A stretch of 59,094 nucleotides of DNA, the filler included, from Sphacelaria rigidula (lineage: Eukaryota): the NCBI GenBank assembly GCA_964200075.2. It is 5 parts of 5 records of this genome, joined end to end, with 100 filler letters (N's around TTAATTAATTAA, not from the genome) between each part and the next. Parts side by side here need not be neighbours in the genome. Positions count along the whole stretch, not along the records: positions 35,520 to 47,257 come from CAXNAA020004568.1; positions 47,358 to 59,094 come from CAXNAA020004569.1; 3 more parts are not named here. One strand, given 5' to 3'. Of the stretch, positions 36,213 through 47,789 are shown piece after piece (position 1 is the stretch's first letter; every line of letters starts with the position of its first letter). The translations under genes and the position numbers were made by a program. Below the pieces are notes generated by a model. The model did not search any database and was not told where the DNA came from. It worked only from the letters and a program-made list of their open reading frames with translations.

Positions 36213-37039
36213 TTCTTCCCTCAAAATTTGTTGTCACCCAGGTGGTCTCCACCTTTTGGCCTGTTACACGCGTATGGTACGAACGAATGGCAATGCACCC
36301 AAACAGACGAACACATGGATAAAGCGCGCTAACAGTAAACTATTTCTTCCCACCTCCCCATTTCTACCCGCCCGGGGATGATCTCGCTCCGTCCCCTCTG
36401 CACATATGATGGGGGTGTTATCCACCGTTTCTCTGGTTATTGACATTTACACATGAATAGTCATGTCCCCGAACACGTGGGAGACATAACTCAAACGTAT
36501 CCTCTTCATTCTACAGTATTCCCGTATGACCGATTTCTGCCCCATTCTGTTTCCCGGAGATGAAATAAACGCATCCCCTCCCTGAACAATTTGAACAAAT
36601 CGAGGGTGTTACCCGATGCTTGAGCCGTTTGCGGCCGGACAGCGATGAATCTGAACATGTGACCGGTACAGATAGGAAGCGTGCGGTCTACCAACTACTC
36701 ATACATTCCGCTTTTTCCCAACAGGGTTACAGTTTTAGACACCGCGGGGAAGATGTTTGAAGAGAAAACATGCCGAATACCGCATATTTTTCGCCTATGG
36801 CGACGCTACCGCGGGCCCCCCTCATCAGCCGGGAAGCGGGGTAAAGGCTCGCTGCTTCGCCGCCGTCGATGTTTTCCCAGTTAACTTCGCCGATAAACTG
36901 TCCACTGGTGTGACAAGCTTCGATTGGCCAGAGCCTCCAGTTTACAGCCATACCCATCTATGTATATGCGGTTCAAACACGGGTTGGCCGTACCACTCGC
37001 GAAGTCTTTCATGCTTGGATTGGTGGTACATTTCCTGTT

Positions 37040-37850
37040 GAGATGAAGGGCTGAGTTCGTATCCACTTATAATTTTGGCGGCTGACGCTTGGACATTTGT
37101 GTGAGGATATGCATTCTGCTACTCACCACCCAAGCAGTTAACTGTTGCTAGAAAGTCTGCAGCTATTTTTTATGTTTTCGTGGAGAACATGAAGTGGAAG
37201 CAGGACGAAGTGAACGTATGTTCACGTTCCTCCCAGCTTATCTATTTTGAGAATATGTCACCGGTTCCCCTCGTCCTCGAACCTTCTGTCCGGCAGCATT
37301 CCTTTTTTCAGTGGGTGGTATTATCTTTCTCGTCGCACCGAAGTCCTAGTCCGCCCGTGCGCGTGGGTGCATTCTCCAGTAACAGCAAATATATCGATAG
37401 CGTGACAGTAACTGACGCACCGCGGGTCAGCTGTACGCGCGGAGAGGACACTGTGAAGTTGCTATCACCGGAGCAATTCAAGAGCATCTCGGGTATGCAT
37501 ATGGTTTATATAGAGAATATTTCAAACTCACGAGCGAGAAGCATACTTTGTAACGAGGCGTCCACAAGATTCAATGCTGATCTTGGTGTGCAAGTTCTTC
37601 TGCACCCGCCCCAGGAGATGACTGTTCGGGCCAATGCCGATGCAAGGGGCCCGGTTAGCGGACTCGTACTTTACTCTGTGCGGGGTTACACATGCGTTTG
37701 CGACCGTTCGAACGGACGCGCGATCGCGGGGGTCCTGCGGTATTTCCGGCGGGCATAAACATTTCGACAGAGGATATATTCTCACGAGGGCTTAGTAAGG
37801 CAAGATTACCGAGACTCTCTAAAAAGATGGACGGGATTAGGGCGCAGCCC
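37040..37850 (+). pseudogene. Highly decayed Ty1/copia RT-RNase H remnant
   Basis: Frameshifted fragments REAYFVTR.. and NISTEDIFSRGLSKARLPRLSKKM resemble, in the right order, the copia RNase H C-terminus (ADIFTKGL..xRFxxLxxxLG); weak similarity seen by eye only. Confidence 0.35.
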
Positions 37851-38124
37851 CGGGTCCCGTGCGGCTTGTATATATATATATATATAATATATATACGTAT
37901 ATACGTTTGTATTCACACAGGTAAGGAGAAAAATCAGAATTCAAATCGACGTCTCTTATGGGCCTGTTCAGCGGCAACCACCCCACCCCATAACCACTGT
38001 TTATTGTGTATGGTAGAGCTACGCTACCTCCACAAGCTGCAGCCTACCATGATCCACACCGACAGGGGCGAGACACCCGCTACCCCACCCGCATCGCAAC
38101 ACCCCCGCGCCCGCCCCCTGCCGT

Positions 38125-38415
38125 GAACGAAGGTGGCATAAATTCGTTTGATGCATTAGACAGTAACGAAAAAACGATGGTTTTACCAGGAGATAGATGG
38201 TGGCCGCAGGCGGCGAAACAGGACGGGGGTACGATATGTAAAGGGTTTTGTCTCATGTACGGAAGAAACGTAATGAGCGCCGGAATGTTCGAGGTGTTTC
38301 TATTAGGAGTAAGAACAGTGCTTCGTCTCGAAAGGGATGCATAGCTAATGCTCGAACGACAAAGGCAAGCAACAAATGAGTACGCCCCCGCCCACCCCCT
38401 CCCCACCCCTCCGCT
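38125..38415 (+). mobile_element. 5'-truncated LINE-like element: ORF C-terminus plus C-rich tail (subfamily A)
   Basis: Residual peptide FDALDSNEKTMVLPGDRWWPQAAKQDG, then GGCAAGCAACAAATGAGTACGCCCCC; the tail recurs at 44598-44672 (minus) and 47676-47720. Confidence 0.65.
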
Positions 38416-38440
38416 CCCTGCGAACCCCCGACCAACGCAG

Positions 38441-39848
38441 GCTGAACCTCTACCTGCTGATGGGTGTTTTAGCGCAGTTCTCCAACAAGCTCTTCAAACG
38501 CTGGGGCAAGGCCCTACTGATGGGTATCAAAGAAGCCCGCCGCAGCCGCAACTGCCGCCTCGCTCTCGCCCAAAGCGACGCACCACCGGTTACACTTGCG
38601 AGGACACCGGCCTTTGCCCCCCCGGGGGCGATCCCCGTTGTGCCGGCCAGTATCACGACTCCACCGTCGCCCACCTTGAGCAGCATCAGGTCCATTGCGA
38701 GGCTGTCTTCTTCAGTGTCTCCCGTAAGGAGCCGGCCACTCAGTCTCAATTCCGGCAGGACTCGGTCGCCCGTAGCGCGCCGTAGAATCTTGGGGGAGGG
38801 CGCTACCAGGGGCGTCCGGGGGAGAAGCACAAGGGGTGCTCTACGCAATGGGGATGAGGGTGGTGGCCTAGGAATGGCAGGGCTAGCTGAAGGAGAGGTG
38901 GCGACGGTGGTGAAACTGGACGAGTCTCCGAAACGTTCTGCATTTCTGAAGACTACTGCTGGTCCTGGTAGTTCCTCTGCCGGTTCTGTGCGCGACGGTT
39001 CTACCGAGCGGAACGGAGAGGGTCAACGGGGAGGACATGGAGTTTTGCCATCTTCTGTGGGGTCGTCGGCGTGGAGACGACTCGGAGTGCCCTTGTGGGG
39101 AAACAAGCGGGGTATCGGCGGGAGTTCAGACGTGATGAGAAGCACGAGATATACCGTGGAGCACAATAAAGTGGTGTACGAGGACAGCAGCTCGTCATCG
39201 CCGTCGTCCGGTATCTCCGACACCAGCCTTGCCACTATTACCGCCGCGGCCGTCGCTACCGAGAAGCCCAAGAATACAACCGGCAACGAAAATGATGATC
39301 CCGACGGTGACGACGATAAGAAAAGAGTGGATACATCACGGGCGGGAGCGGCGTCGGCAGGGGCGCCGGAGGTGGCCCCCGTTGCCCCACGTCAACCGAC
39401 GGCTGACCAGGGCGTCGTATCCCGGCGAGCGAAATACTTCCCGACAGCAGGCGATAGTGTTCTTGACGTGGGGCGAGCGAGGCCGACAGGCGACAGCGTC
39501 ATTGCCGCCGTTGGGGGGGGGGCGAAGAAGCCGTCTGGGAGGACGGGAAAACGGCGTTCGTTGGGCATCACAGTGGATGACGACCATGTGGAACGGGAAC
39601 ACGTGCCGCTTCCTCCGTCTCGACATGGCGGGGGAGACAACAACGGCAGCGAGGAAAGATATCCGAAGCGACCGCGTTCTTCCCGCGTGCGGGGAAGTCG
39701 CAGTGTCCGTGTGGCACTCAGACGTATCCGGTGGGGGAGGGTATTCTTTGCTTTGGCGGTGGTTTGCGGCATGGTAGCTATGCTGGTGGGAGCCTTGATG
39801 TCGAGGTACGGGGGACGGCGACGATGCGCTGTCCTATTCTACTGCTAA
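38441..39848 (+). CDS. Terminal exon of an unknown protein with a long S/G/R-rich disordered region and a C-terminal transmembrane helix
   Basis: 1.4-kb open frame in GC-rich sequence; acceptor ccaacgcag| at 38440 (phase 2); hydrophobic VFFALAVVCGMVAMLVGALM flanked by basic residues near the TAA stop. Confidence 0.7.
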
Positions 39849-42800
39849 TTTCTTCCCTTTTTTTTTTCATCTCTCTTCCCGTTGCGTCGGATCGCTTATC
39901 TCGCGAGTTGGCCCTTGCTGAGCGTTAGCCGCATATTGGGAAAGCTCTTCACTGTGTCATGACTTACTAGTAGCAGTTTATTGTTTTTAAGTGGGTGGGT
40001 AGGAGGGATGTTTCGAGCGGAAAATCCGATTTTTGTGGTTATTGTTTAATTATTAACGCTGCGTGTTTCCTTGTCGGGAAACAGGTGAGAAAATGGGAGC
40101 CCGTTCCTCGTATGTTTTGTCAATTGTGTCTTACTGCGGGGTCGCCGGTCCGCCACTGGAGAACAGAACGGCTGTTTGTAACGGGTGTTCTGAGGCGTTC
40201 GGGTTGGGTGGTGGGGGGTCAGTTGTTTTACAGGTCATTGCCCATGAAGGTCTTGACTGATGTACGGTACTGGTGATTTTATTTGTGTTACGCAGTTCAA
40301 GTGATCGTGTGGGTCTAAGTATAGAAGCGGGTTCCCTACAATTCCTCGGTGGACAGGGAATAGAAAGCCCTGGTGCTTAACTGATGTGTAGTAATGTATG
40401 TTCTTGCCTGCCGGTGCAACCGATGGCTTGTGTACGGACTTCCATGTAGCCCTTGAGTGTTTTTTCTTTTAAAGTGTCATGTAGGGATAAGCGTTACAAT
40501 TTGTCGGTAGTCTCGAAGGTGCACCGCGATCTTTCAAAGCTTGAAGCGCCAGTATTCAATCTCACTTTTATGTGTCAATTACCCCGTGCACTGTTTTCGT
40601 GTAAGCCGTGAGCGTGTTGGCGTCGTCCATGAGGTCCGCTGTTCGCCTAGGTAAGTTGAACCATAATCTCGCGGATGTACGGGAGCATCACACTATCGTC
40701 GCGTTTGGCAAACGTTCATGCGAGCAATAGCACGTGCTCCACGTATCGAAGCAATAAGTACTGTGGTACACAGTTTGTGATTGCCCCCACCCACCCCCCC
40801 CCACCGTAAAAAAAAGAAGTCATGAACTGTGATTGGCCAATATTCTTTGTCCGACCGCGTGACGTCCCCCACGTCCAGAGGTCCCTCCACTCCAAAGGGC
40901 CGTGGATGACGTCAGCTGTCGGCCAAGGAATGTTGTTATCCAGATTTCAGGAGTTTTTGCTTCTCTGGCCACGTAGAAAACTGCGTGTCATTTACTTTTT
41001 GTGTCCGTTCTGTCTGTTCTGTACTCGGCGTGTTGATTCGGAGTAGGGTCGATGATTGCCGGTGCTGTCTTGAGCATCTTCCGCTATACTGTGACGTTTC
41101 AGTACCTCTAGGGGCCCAGGCTACAGCGGTCGGGACTCATGTCTGTTCGATGCCATAGAACCGCTAAGCCCTTTGGCATACCCATTTTCGTATCTCACCC
41201 TTCCCTCGCCTCTCGAACATGTCCGTATTGATGGAAAAAATGATCACGTTTACTGGGTGTCACAAGTTTCCTGTAACACGGTGTTTTATAGGACGTGGGG
41301 ACTGGCACAAACTGTCTCCGCGATGAAATCGTTTCTCGGAAGGAGGGTGTAGGCAACCGTTTCGCGTTTCGCCTCTTGCCTCCGACAAGATGTTTGTTGA
41401 TCAAATCAGATCAGCTCATTTTCGCCCCCACATGATTATTTGAAGCACTCGGAGCTATACCTTCTTGTATGCGACGCATGTGTGTGTGAGTTCATGTATG
41501 CCCATGCAGTTTGTTCACGGCGATTAAACAATTGCTTGTGCTGTGCCGGCTGGCTGCATTCCGGCAATATAATAATACATCCCTCTATTTTTAGTTGTGT
41601 CATGACTGCTGTCGCATGCTCGACAAGGGTCATGTCGGGTTTACTAGCGTATTCTGCGCAGCAGATGAAATTCTTTGTGCGGTTGTTGTTGTTGCTGCTG
41701 CTGCATCTTCTGCTGCTCCGTTGTTGCCACTTGAGAGTTTGCCGTGTAACGCAGTATCGATGCCTTATTATATAATGCAGCGGGCAATATGTTTCCCTCG
41801 TCGGCGTGTGAAGTTTCAGGCAGAGGAGGGCGTAGTTGTACGAGTGAGATTTATCCAGGCTGAAGTGTGCACACTCTGGATAATGACAACAGATTACATT
41901 GTCACAAAGTGTACTGCTTGCAGTATCGACTATTGCGTCTGTTGCAGTAGAAATAGGCTTGATACTGTACGCAGTAAAATGTTTTGGGTATTGTAATTCG
42001 TTGTCCAGGGTGTGGACATGTGTTGATCGTTTTTGTTCTTGAGTCGGCATTGTGATTCATGTGATTGGTTCCACACTGGGCAAAATATTCACGATCTTTT
42101 GCTGCGGTTTCTTACACGCGTTTGGTTGTGCAATAGTACGTGAACGTTTGTACAGAATCGGGGAAAATGGGATTTTCTTATTGTTGGGGGGTTGAATACG
42201 AAGAAAGTGTCTGAAAGAAGTATGGTGAAGTGAATAAAGTATGCGTTGAGGTTGGTCACTTCCGTCCTTATGTAGATACTCGTACTGTAGTAATTATCGT
42301 TCGATCGACATGTTCTGGCTGAAACTCAGCCTACCGCTGGGCAGGAGCCCGTCAAAGATGGGGGACGGGGGTACTGTATCATGTTTCTTCCCTTTTGGTC
42401 ATAATATTGGGAACCCAGAGACCATCGAGTCTCGGGATGGCAGTTTTGTGAAACTAGATCGTTTTCATTTGTTTTAGGGTGGTATCGCACATTTCGTCTT
42501 GGTTTGTGTTGCACATAATTTTCCTGTCGGTTCACCTTTGCCCTCAACATAGCGAGGGGATCAATAGATATCGCCTTGTCGCCTGTTTCTTGTACTACAC
42601 ACGGTTTGCTTCGCGAGCTACTAGGGAGGCTTGTGAAGGCTCCGTGTGCATGCAGGAGGAAGAGTTGATTGCCCCCCCCCCCCCCCCTACCTTGTAGGCA
42701 GATTTTCGCAATCGGAGGAATTCTCTCTTGTCACACTTTGTTGTTCATCTTACATTTCTTGGGTGCGGGATGACAACTCCGTTCTTCGAGCCTTGAATTT

Positions 42801-43958
42801 CGTGAGGCGGGTGGTCTTTTTCCGCCTTAACACCAGTCCTAATGTTTGTTCGCGGTGGATACGAAGTTTTTCAGACACCGAAAATTGCACATTTCTTATG
42901 CATCCACGTTTGTTGGTCATGACGCTTCATCGAAAAGACTCGTGCAGCAATAGTGACAGCGCGTTCCCCTGTTTCCCTCTCGATGTATCCCTACGAGAGA
43001 TGGGTAACTGAGTAGATCATGTTTGCGGGGGCATTCTTAATAGAATGCTACAGAAGATCTCTGGTTCGCCCTTAGATCTGGTGTGTTGATTGTGAAATCT
43101 TGAGGTCATTTCGGCTTTTGCGGGGGGCATTCTGCTCGTGCTATCGGTCGATTTCTTAAATTATTTTGCGTTTCCCCCCCAACTCGATTTCCATCCCGTT
43201 ATTGACCTTGTTTGAAAGCTCGAGAAGAAAAGTGCGCGGCGCGGGCTCGTTAAAAACCGAATATCAGTATATGAAGTCCCAGTTAATAACTTCATACACA
43301 CCATGACATGCCCTATTGTGTCGTGGAACCATCGTCACCTACCCACATACACACGAAAAGCATTCCGATTTCACGAAGTGAATTTGGTTTTTACTCCAGG
43401 TGAAAAAAACGACCAGCCGGTTTTTGCGACTCTTTTTTTGTTACATTTTCCCACTCTAAAACTCTATTGATTTCGGTTTTTCGGGGATAACTTTGTCAAA
43501 CAGAAACTAAACGCATCTTGCTCCAAGGGGCACCTGGACACACATGTTGCTGCTGCCTACCTAGTATCATCCTCCAAATCGAAGTCTTGAGTGGAAACGC
43601 CCAGCGTGCAGCTGCTTGACGCGACCACTGCGTTCTGCCACGGACCCTTCCCCACCTACCCGACAAGGGGGCAACATCCCCGCACAGACGGTAGCAATGC
43701 TAGCGGATCCCACGTCCTGACAGTCTGGCAGCCGGCAAGGTGATTATGGTAGTGTCCTTCTAGCGATATCAACCTACAGTGCACTGGAGCAGAGTTTGCA
43801 GGTGCATATTTCGGCGATTGCTTCACCTGCGTTTCGCCCAGATGCTGCGGATTTTTTCATGATTTCACTGAGTAACATTACACGTGGAAATGTACCAGAC
43901 CCTGGACAAAGGTTCCTACCGCCAGTACGAAAACGATGTTAAAAGTGTACTGCGCACA

Positions 43959-44035
43959 GTGTGTTGTGTGTGTTGTCGTCCCATCTATTCTAGACGCCGG
44001 TCTCCACCTTTCGGTATATATGGGCGCACCAGCCG
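43959..44035 (-). mobile_element. SINE family 1 3' tail (5'-truncated)
   Basis: Reverse complement GCTGGTGCGCCCATATATACCGAAAGGTGGAGACCGGCGTCTAGAATAGATGGGACGACAACACACAC matches 3565-3631. Confidence 0.75.
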
Positions 44036-44597
44036 CGGCTGTGTTACCATACAGCTTCGCCCAAGATACAGGCAGCTATTACAGCGGCGGAGGCAGCCTT
44101 TCACTCCTGTGTGCGCCATCTGGGGCAAACGCACGCTGTAGCTGCAGCATGGACGGCTTTACAAAATGTGGCATAGCGATATAGCGCAAAGCGAGGGGTG
44201 ATATCCCGCGTACACGTTGGCCGCAGGTACAAGCGGCTATGTTCAGGGTGTAGCGAATTGCATACGACAGCGCGAAATCAATGCAGGGCAGGGATAGGCT
44301 GAGGATGTGACGTCCTGCGGTGTGCTTTATCTCCCTGCACCCTGCCGCTGTGCAGTGAGCAGGTAATACCGCCGAAGGCGTCACGCTGCGGTTGGTACGC
44401 AGTGTACGCAGTGTCGAACACAGCAGCAAGCAGCATATTTTTTTGTACATGGATGTGTGATCTAAGACCAATGCGCACACACACAGCAACTGCTGTCGCC
44501 ATTATCCATCGATCGAGAGGATATCCCCTTCTCAAAAAGGGTACCCGGGGGTCCGCCCCCCATCCCTTCCTGCGGCCCCAGAATGAGGTTTGGGCGA

Positions 44598-44672
44598 TCT
44601 GGGGGGCGTACGCATTTGTTGCTTGCCTTAGTCGTTTGACGATTGACCATGCACCTCTTTCGAGTGGGCGAC
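44598..44672 (-). mobile_element. LINE-like 3' end (subfamily A)
   Basis: Reverse complement GGTCAATCGTCAAACGACTAAGGCAAGCAACAAATGCGTACGCCCCCC. Confidence 0.65.
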
Positions 44673-44804
44673 CTGGGGGGGGGGGGTGCCATCATTTCCC
44701 GGTATGGGGCCCCTCGGCCCAGCGTGCAGCTGCTTGACGCTGTCTCCTCTCTGCCCGAGAAACAGCAGTTTGCAACTTATAGTCTATGCCATACCGGGAA
44801 GCAA

Positions 44805-45185
44805 CACACGCTGCCATTCGGCTACCCCCGTAAAACTCCTCTATCGCGACTTTCATCCTCTCGAGGGTAAAATACCCTCTAGAGGGTATTTCATTCCCAG
44901 GTGCGTTCATCAACGAATCCCTTGGAGGGCATGTGATGCTCTAGTGACTTCTGCGGTCTAGATCCCTCGAAAGTAACAAAACAGATGGTGCTCCGGAGGG
45001 TCGCGCATCCTCCAAATTCCTCCGGAGGGATGCGCGGCGCTTCAGAGGCCAAACAAGCCTCTGGAGGCGTTTGATCCCACCCCTCTGGAAGGCCGCCCAA
45101 CCTCTGGAGGCGTTGAATTCCTCTGGAGGCTCGAAAAGTTGACCGGAACAGAGTATTTTTGGGGGTAGCCGAATGGCCGCGTGTG
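44805..45185. mobile_element. CACTA/EnSpm-like MITE (CACAC termini, AA dinucleotide flanks)
   Basis: AA|CACACGCTGCCATTCGGCTACCCCC...GGGGGTAGCCGAATGGCCGCGTGTG|AA; several near-palindromic CCTCTGGAGG subterminal repeats. Confidence 0.75.
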
Positions 45186-45575
45186 AAGTCCTGTACGGGT
45201 AATTGAAAACAGGCATGGTAGTGGCTGGGACTAGTGCGGGACGACCTAGCGAGAGTTTGCCGGGAAACGGCTCGCGTCTCAGCGCCGGCTTGCTGCGGGC
45301 CCATGCGAATGTAGGGCGACGGCGATAACACGAACACGATTTATGCTTCAGTACAACTCTACGCTTCCGTGCAACGACATATCACCATACCCCGGGTGCG
45401 TGCGGCAGACGTTCATTTTAGATCCACTTGTAACAAGGGCCCAGCCGATACCACAACGGTTTCACCGCCGCAATCCAAGACCGCAACGTCGCAAACACCG
45501 AAATAAATTGAAATTCGGAGCGCCCTGGGCACAGGATAATCTATCAAGAACAAACAAAACAAACCAGTGTTTCCT

Positions 45576-46892
45576 TCAAGCTTTAGCTGCCCGCAGCTCT
45601 GCCATCTTCTGCTCTATCGGCCCCATGTACAAGCTGCTTAACCCCTCCACTTCCACGTCCCCGCTGCTCGCGGACCCTCGTCGATGTACCCCGCTACCGC
45701 TACCGCTACCGCTACCGCTACCGCTACCGCTACCGCTACCGCTACCCCTCGAGTGCCCTCGTCCTACTTTCCCCGGCCTCCCTCGATCTACTGGCCCCTT
45801 CCCACGCCCCCCATCACGCGCCACTCTCCCATCAGAGGAGGCATCGCGATACCCAAAGGGATTGTTCGATGGTCCCCACTTGGGTGACTCTTCATGAGAA
45901 TTTACGTCGAGGGAAGAGCCCCTCCCCATCGAACCTCGTTCTAAATTCACAGCACCTGGGATCTCGTTCCGACTACTACTATTGCTATTTTTCAATCTGT
46001 CTCCCGGTGTGGGTCGCGCGTGGCTGCGTTGATGTCGCTTCTCGCCGGCGAACCCGCTGGCTAGGCGTCGCTCAAGCGAAGCTAGTCTTGCCTCGTACAT
46101 GTCGTGAACGCTGTCACCCGCTGCCACCGACTGTCCACCGTCACCTACCCTCAGTGGTCTGTTTTTATCGCTGTGCTCTCTATATCTGGGGCTGTTGGCG
46201 GTGAGCGACTCCCCGCCAAAGTTTGTCTCACTGGTCGTGTTCCCCCCCCATCCACTACTATTGCTACCGCCACCACCGGCGGTGACCCCAGCGGGTCTCC
46301 CGGAAGAGGGCGCAATTCGACCGAAGCCTCGATTGTGCGGGGGAGCCGGGCGATGCGCCGCAGCTTCTACATGACGACCCTGTGGAACATGACCGCCGAT
46401 GGTAGCACCCGCAGCGGAGGCTGCTGCTGCTACTGCCCTGGCTCGACTGAACTCCGTCGCCTTCGCCCGCTCTTGCCGCATCCTCTCTGACAACTCCGGG
46501 GTGCTCGCCCTCCGCTTCCGGCTGATGTTGTCACTATTACCTCTGCCAGAATCCCGCCTGATCACTGATCTGCTGGCAAGGCCAGGCTGATTGTTGTGAG
46601 ATAAATTTCTGTTTCCCCCATTGTTGAGCGCCATCGCATCCCCCTCGAAATCAGCGGAAGTAGCGGTGTCACTTGCTGCTGCCACATGTTGTGTGGTGAT
46701 CGATCGTGGGCGATCGGGCGCGTAGGAAAACACGCCCCATTCGCCTTTTTCCTTGTTGGGTTTTGTGATCGGCACAGGGATGCGGTCGACACGGGAACCC
46801 GGCCCCCTCAAAGCCAGCCGCGAGACCCGGGCGGTCTCTTCTTGAGCGCGGCGCTGCTCCGCGGCGAGGGCTCGTTTCGCTTGAGTTCGAAC
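45576..46892 (-). CDS. Terminal exon of an unknown, largely disordered G/S/R-rich protein
   Basis: 1.3-kb open frame; acceptor tgatacag| immediately before VRTQAKRALAAEQRRAQEETAR (phase 0); ends EQKMAELRAAKA-stop; short coiled-coil-like stretches at both ends. Confidence 0.7.
   Translation of the reverse strand, partial: VRTQAKRALAAEQRRAQEETARVSRLALRGPGSRVDRIPVPITKPNKEKGEWGVFSYAPDRPRSITTQHVAAASDTATSADFEGDAMALNNGGNRNLSHNNQPGLASRSVIRRDSGRGNSDNISRKRRASTPELSERMRQERAKATEFSRARAVAAAASAAGATIGGHVPQGRHVEAAAHRPAPPHNRGFGRIAPSSGRPAGVTAGGGGSNSSGWGGNTTSETNFGGESLTANSPRYREHSDKNRPLRVGDGGQSVAAGDSVHDMYEARLASLERRLASGFAGEKRHQRSHARPTPGDRLKNSNSSSRNEIPGAVNLERGSMGRGSSLDVNSHEESPKWGPSNNPFGYRDASSDGRVARDGGRGKGPVDRGRPGKVGRGHSRGSGSGSGSGSGSGSGSGSGVHRRGSASSGDVEVEGLSSLYMGPIEQKMAELRAAKA
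45691..45744. repeat. (CCGCTA)9 microsatellite encoding a Gly-Ser run
   Basis: Nine perfect hexamers; read as (GS)n in the minus-strand exon. Confidence 0.95.
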
Positions 46893-47257
46893 CTGTATCA
46901 AGAGCCGGTGCGCGGGTGGGACAGAGGGGAACATAATTAGGGGGCAGGGTATTTTCGTGATTTATTATTCCGAAAAATTGTCTTCCGAGAGGATTAGGGG
47001 CTCTACAAAATCCTGTTTTCCGTCAATGCCGGGGAGAGATGGATCAATCCCTGGAGACCGCGGACTCATCCCGAGGAAGAGGAGGGATTCAATCTGTGAC
47101 AAAAAAACAAAGTTCATAGGACAAACTACACCAAACCCCGAAATACTTTATCTCCCGTACCCCCCCCCCCCCCCCCCCCCCACCCCCCCCCCCCCCCCAC
47201 ATTTAACCGCCCACAACCACCCCAAAAAAACACAAACACGGAAGGGAGGGAAAGAGG

Positions 47258-47357
47258 NNNNNNNNNNNNNNNNNNNNNNNNNNNNNNNNNNNNNNNNNNN
47301 NTTAATTAATTAANNNNNNNNNNNNNNNNNNNNNNNNNNNNNNNNNNNNNNNNNNNN
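47258..47357. other. Artificial contig-joining spacer
   Basis: N44-TTAATTAATTAA-N44. Confidence 0.98.
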
Positions 47358-47789
47358 GGGATGCAAGGTCAATTGTCTGATGACTATGGCATGCATGATC
47401 ATGAGTACGCCCTACCCGTGCGCGAGTCCACAGTGAAGCAGAATACTTTCCTCGGTATATCTCGTGTGCGTATTTTGCGTGTAAGTGCCCATCTCATGCT
47501 TTGGTTCTCATATCAGCTACGCATATATCAAGACGTGAAGAGAATGTTCGCTGGGCTCTAGTGGACGTCGAATGCGCACATTTTGAATACTTGGAGTCGG
47601 CATTAAACGCAGGAGTTCATGTAAAGAAGTTTTCTTTCCGTGCTCTTCACCCATTGGAGCATGAACACATACCCGGCAAGCAACAAATGAGTACGCCCCC
47701 CTCTTCGGCCTCCCCCACCCTCGTCTCTCGCAACGGTCGCCCACACCATCACAATCCGCGAAAAAACAGAACTTGGTAATCCCTTTCAG

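Noticed and set aside
38376..38440. ATG at 38376 as the start of the 490-aa ORF
   Set aside because: The ATG and Pro-rich leader come from the retroelement tail ATGAGTACGCCCCC; a splice acceptor at 38440 is the more likely exon start
41436..42050. 204-aa minus-strand ORF and overlapping plus-strand ORFs
   Set aside because: No domain motifs, includes a CAG/AAC microsatellite and lacks splice or codon-bias support
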